A DNA stretch of 64,000 nucleotides from Salinimicrobium sp. (GTDB lineage: Archaea > Thermoplasmatota > Poseidoniia > Poseidoniales > Poseidoniaceae): assembly GCA_964228865.1 (NCBI GenBank), contig CAXRAI010000058.1, positions 2,011-66,010 on the forward strand, read 5' to 3'. Shown one piece after another: positions 61,433-64,000 of the stretch. The notes below the pieces were generated by a model. That model was not told the origin of the DNA and did no database searches. It worked only from the letters and a program-made list of their open reading frames with translations. Numbering within the stretch: position 1 is the first letter of the stretch; each line of letters opens with the position of its first letter. The translations under genes were made by a program, and so were the position numbers.

Positions 61433-62818
61433 ATGGACGCGTCGAGTGATTCAGCACCCGCCGAAGAAGGCGGAGCCCTTCCCGACGAGGTTTACTCGAA
61501 GCTTGAGTCGACGATCCTTTGGGCGCTTTTGCTCATCGGGATTGGCACAGCGGTTGGTTTGGTCGTCTCTCCTGAAACCGTCTGGGACGAAGGTCTTGCA
61601 CCGGTGGTCTGGGACCCGATCGTCGAAGACGCAAGCGAAACCGGTGACGCGGGCTACAATCCTTGGAACACGACCCTCTACACCCTCGGTTTGTTTGCTG
61701 CTGTCCTGGCCCTGCAAGCCGTGTTCCGCCGGTGGCGCCTCCCGAGCGACGACCTCATGGTCCTCGCGTTGACCTCGTGGGTGATCCTTGCGCCGGTACT
61801 CCGGGTCTTGGAAGACGCTCACTTGTTTCCAGAGGGCAAGGACTTGCTCTACATCTCTCCGTTGATTCATCTCCATCTTGCGGCGTGGTTGGTGGGTGTC
61901 GGACTCATCGTCCACCGACTTGACGTTGCCGTGGCTCGAGCCTTGCGGCCAAGCGTGGTGGAGCGTCGCGTTCATCATGCCCTTCTGTTCGGTTTGCCGC
62001 TCGGCTTGGCAGGTTTTTGGGCGTGGGTGTTGCGACCGATTCACGAGACTGACGTTGCCCTTGATGCCGTTCCCTTGGTGGTCAGCGCCTTCGTGGCCTT
62101 GGTGGGCGTCACCCTCATCCTGATGCGCACCACGCACGCAGCGGCGCTCACCCGTGGCCTCCTCGCTTTCGGTACAGGAGCCGTCATCCTCTCACTGGGG
62201 TACTACGTCGCGCTGGCCATGCATTTGTCCGAAGCCTACGTGGACGACCCGTACAACAGCATCGTGCTTTGGCCTGTCTTGGTGGGCGTGGTGTTGCCGT
62301 GTTTGGTCGGTGTTGTGCTCCACCGCATGGGTGCCTCGGATCTGCGCCACCTCCGCGCAAGCGGCCATGAGCCTGGGGTGCTCCCGGCCGGAATCAGCCT
62401 CGACCAGTGGGAATCTGATCCTGATGCTGTGGCGCACCACCCCATTGAGCGCTTGTCCAACCGTGCCATGTTGGCCTCACCCCTTGTCATCCTCATGGTC
62501 ATCGGACAACTGTCAGACGGTTTGGCCACCTTCCTTGGTTTGGACGTTTTCGGGTATGGAGAAAAGCACGTGGCCAGCCAAGGCGTCATTGACATCGGTG
62601 CCCGAATCAATGCCCGACTCGGCATCGAATTCGGCGTTGGAGCATGGTTCTTCGCGGTCATAAAAATCACCTTGGTCAGCGCCATCGTGCTCTTGTTCAG
62701 CCGTATGCGGGTCGAACAACGCCAGCAGCACCTCCGCGTCTTGGTCGTGCTGGCGGTGATGGTCGTCGGGCTCGCTCCAGGGCTTCGCGACATTGGGCGG
62801 CTCATTCTCGACGTGTGA
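61433..62818 (+). CDS. DUF63-like archaeal integral membrane protein
   Basis: About 10 TM segments. The C-terminal part GQLSDGLATFLGLDVFGYGEKHV...WFFAVIKITLV resembles DUF63, recalled from memory. Confidence 0.5.
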   Translation: MDASSDSAPAEEGGALPDEVYSKLESTILWALLLIGIGTAVGLVVSPETVWDEGLAPVVWDPIVEDASETGDAGYNPWNTTLYTLGLFAAVLALQAVFRRWRLPSDDLMVLALTSWVILAPVLRVLEDAHLFPEGKDLLYISPLIHLHLAAWLVGVGLIVHRLDVAVARALRPSVVERRVHHALLFGLPLGLAGFWAWVLRPIHETDVALDAVPLVVSAFVALVGVTLILMRTTHAAALTRGLLAFGTGAVILSLGYYVALAMHLSEAYVDDPYNSIVLWPVLVGVVLPCLVGVVLHRMGASDLRHLRASGHEPGVLPAGISLDQWESDPDAVAHHPIERLSNRAMLASPLVILMVIGQLSDGLATFLGLDVFGYGEKHVASQGVIDIGARINARLGIEFGVGAWFFAVIKITLVSAIVLLFSRMRVEQRQQHLRVLVVLAVMVVGLAPGLRDIGRLILDV

Positions 62819-62877
62819 GCCGATGGCGTCGGATGCTTGAAGCGCACTTCTGTGCTCCCCGTGAATGAGGCAGCGAC

Positions 62878-64000
62878 ATGGACCGTCTTCCAAGCCGATT
62901 TTCGCCCAACACGGAGGAGGCCACCGCACGCCGTGCCGCCAACCTCGCACTGGTGGAGGATCTCCGGGAACGGTTGGCGCAGGCACGGGCTGGCGGCAGC
63001 CCTCGTGCCGTCGAGCGGCATCGTGCGCGTGACAAGATGCTTCCACGGGAGCGAATTGAGGCCATCATCGATCCAGGCACGGCCTTCCTCGAGACCTCCC
63101 CATTGGCGGCCAACGGCTTGTACGGCGACGGCGCTCCAAGCGCGGGCATCGTCACCGGGATTGGTGTGGTGCACGGCCGCGAATGCCTCTTCGTGGCCAA
63201 CGATGCCACCGTGAAGGGTGGTTCTTACTTCCCCATGACCGTCAAGAAACACATCCGCGCGCAGGTCATCGCGCATGAAAATCACCTGCCGTGCGTGTAC
63301 TTGGTCGACTCCGGTGGGGCCTTCCTGCCGATGCAGGACGAGGTTTTCCCCGACATCGACCACTTTGGACGGATCTTCCGGAACCAAGCGAAGATGTCTG
63401 CAGACGGCATTCCGCAGGTTGCGGCCGTCCTCGGCTCCTGCACGGCCGGTGGCGCCTACGTGCCGGCGATGTCCGACGAGTCGATCATCGTCAAAGGCAA
63501 CGGCACGATTTTCCTCGCAGGCCCTCCCTTGGTGAAGGCCGCGACCGGTGAAGAAGTCACAGCGGAAGACCTCGGTGGTGCCGACGTGCACACCGCGACC
63601 TCCGGCGTTGCCGACCATTTCGCGGAAAACGAGCAGGAGGCTTTGCGCAAGGTGCGCAACGTCATCGAAAACCTCGGGCCGCGCACCCTTGCACCGGCCG
63701 CCGGGGCAGAGCCAGAAGACCCGCATTACGATCCGGACGAGTTGTTGTCCATCGTTCCCGAGGACAACCGTACACCCATCGACGTGCGTGAAATCATCGC
63801 CCGCATGGTGGACGGTTCCCGCTTCCACGAGTTCAAACCAAGGTATGGTACCACCCTGGTGTGCGGCTTTGCTCGCATTCACGGCCATCTGGTTGGCATC
63901 GTGGCGAACAACGGCATCCTCTTCTCCGAATCCAGCCTCAAAGGCGCCCATTTCGTGCAATTGTGCGGTCAGCGCCAAGTGCCGCTGGTGTTCCTTCAGA
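62878..64000 (+). CDS. Acyl-CoA carboxylase carboxyltransferase (beta) subunit, methylcrotonoyl-CoA carboxylase-like; partial, continues off the window
   Basis: Absent from the ORF track because there is no stop in the window. Translation from ATG 62878 gives MDRLPSRF...[27 protein letters not shown]...[45 protein letters not shown]...[16 protein letters not shown]. The listed 580-aa minus-strand ORF is its antisense artefact. Confidence 0.88.
   Translation, partial: MDRLPSRFSPNTEEATARRAANLALVEDLRERLAQARAGGSPRAVERHRARDKMLPRERIEAIIDPGTAFLETSPLAANGLYGDGAPSAGIVTGIGVVHGRECLFVANDATVKGGSYFPMTVKKHIRAQVIAHENHLPCVYLVDSGGAFLPMQDEVFPDIDHFGRIFRNQAKMSADGIPQVAAVLGSCTAGGAYVPAMSDESIIVKGNGTIFLAGPPLVKAATGEEVTAEDLGGADVHTATSGVADHFAENEQEALRKVRNVIENLGPRTLAPAAGAEPEDPHYDPDELLSIVPEDNRTPIDVREIIARMVDGSRFHEFKPRYGTTLVCGFARIHGHLVGIVANNGILFSESSLKGAHFVQLCGQRQVPLVFLQ

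Noticed and set aside
10023-63963. Isolated CAATTG hexamers at 10023, 28557, 32740, 35941 and 63958
   Set aside because: About 9 copies are expected by chance at this base composition. These copies lack the TTY...RRA flanks and the AT-rich context. The partial exception is CTTCAATTGGAG at 35939-35950, which lies in Q/L/E codons of the charged-helix gene. I do not count them in the motif family.
62236-63978. 580-aa minus-strand ORF
   Set aside because: It is antisense to the DUF63-like gene and to the carboxyltransferase beta-subunit gene. The latter has strong family motifs but is missing from the track because it runs off the window.

Overview
High-GC (~60%) archaeal chromosomal segment. 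Archaeal identity follows from aEF-1alpha, aIF5B, ribosomal proteins S8e/S28e/L24e/L7Ae/S10, SRP19, Sec61beta, a GINS-like protein, family-B DNA polymerase and deoxyhypusine synthase. The mix with bacterial-type genes (uvrB, acyl-lipid desaturase, CcmF, UbiA/UbiD) and giant surface proteins suggests Thermoplasmatota / Marine Group II, but that is only an inference. I call about 58 CDS (two run off the window edges and are missing from the ORF track), 3 tRNAs (Leu-CAA, Leu-CAG, Ile-GAT), no rRNA, no CRISPR and no clear mobile element. Many long ORFs in the track are antisense or off-frame high-GC artefacts and were rejected. The window is mostly core genome. Observations worth a second look: (1) an AT-rich divergent intergenic region at ~48.0-48.3 kb with four inverted copies of a TTYCAATTGRRA palindrome that resembles mini-ORB and parS cores, with further copies in AT-rich patches inside uvrB, ubiD and a geranylgeranyl-reductase gene; (2) two ParA-family loci with non-canonical partners. 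One partner is a 131-aa protein that keeps only the ParB N-terminal LGRGL peptide, downstream of a SAP-domain membrane protein. The other ParA lies in a moxR-parA-RHH-small ORF operon; (3) a cluster of a triple zinc-ribbon protein, a ~570-residue E/R-rich charged-helix protein and a beta-propeller/TSP3-repeat membrane protein; (4) several unusual fusions or extensions (FKBP-SAP, HhH with a Lys/Ala-rich tail, GINS-like with a long linker, RimK-TrkA_C, extended UbiD). All functional calls rest on motifs read by eye. No database search was run.
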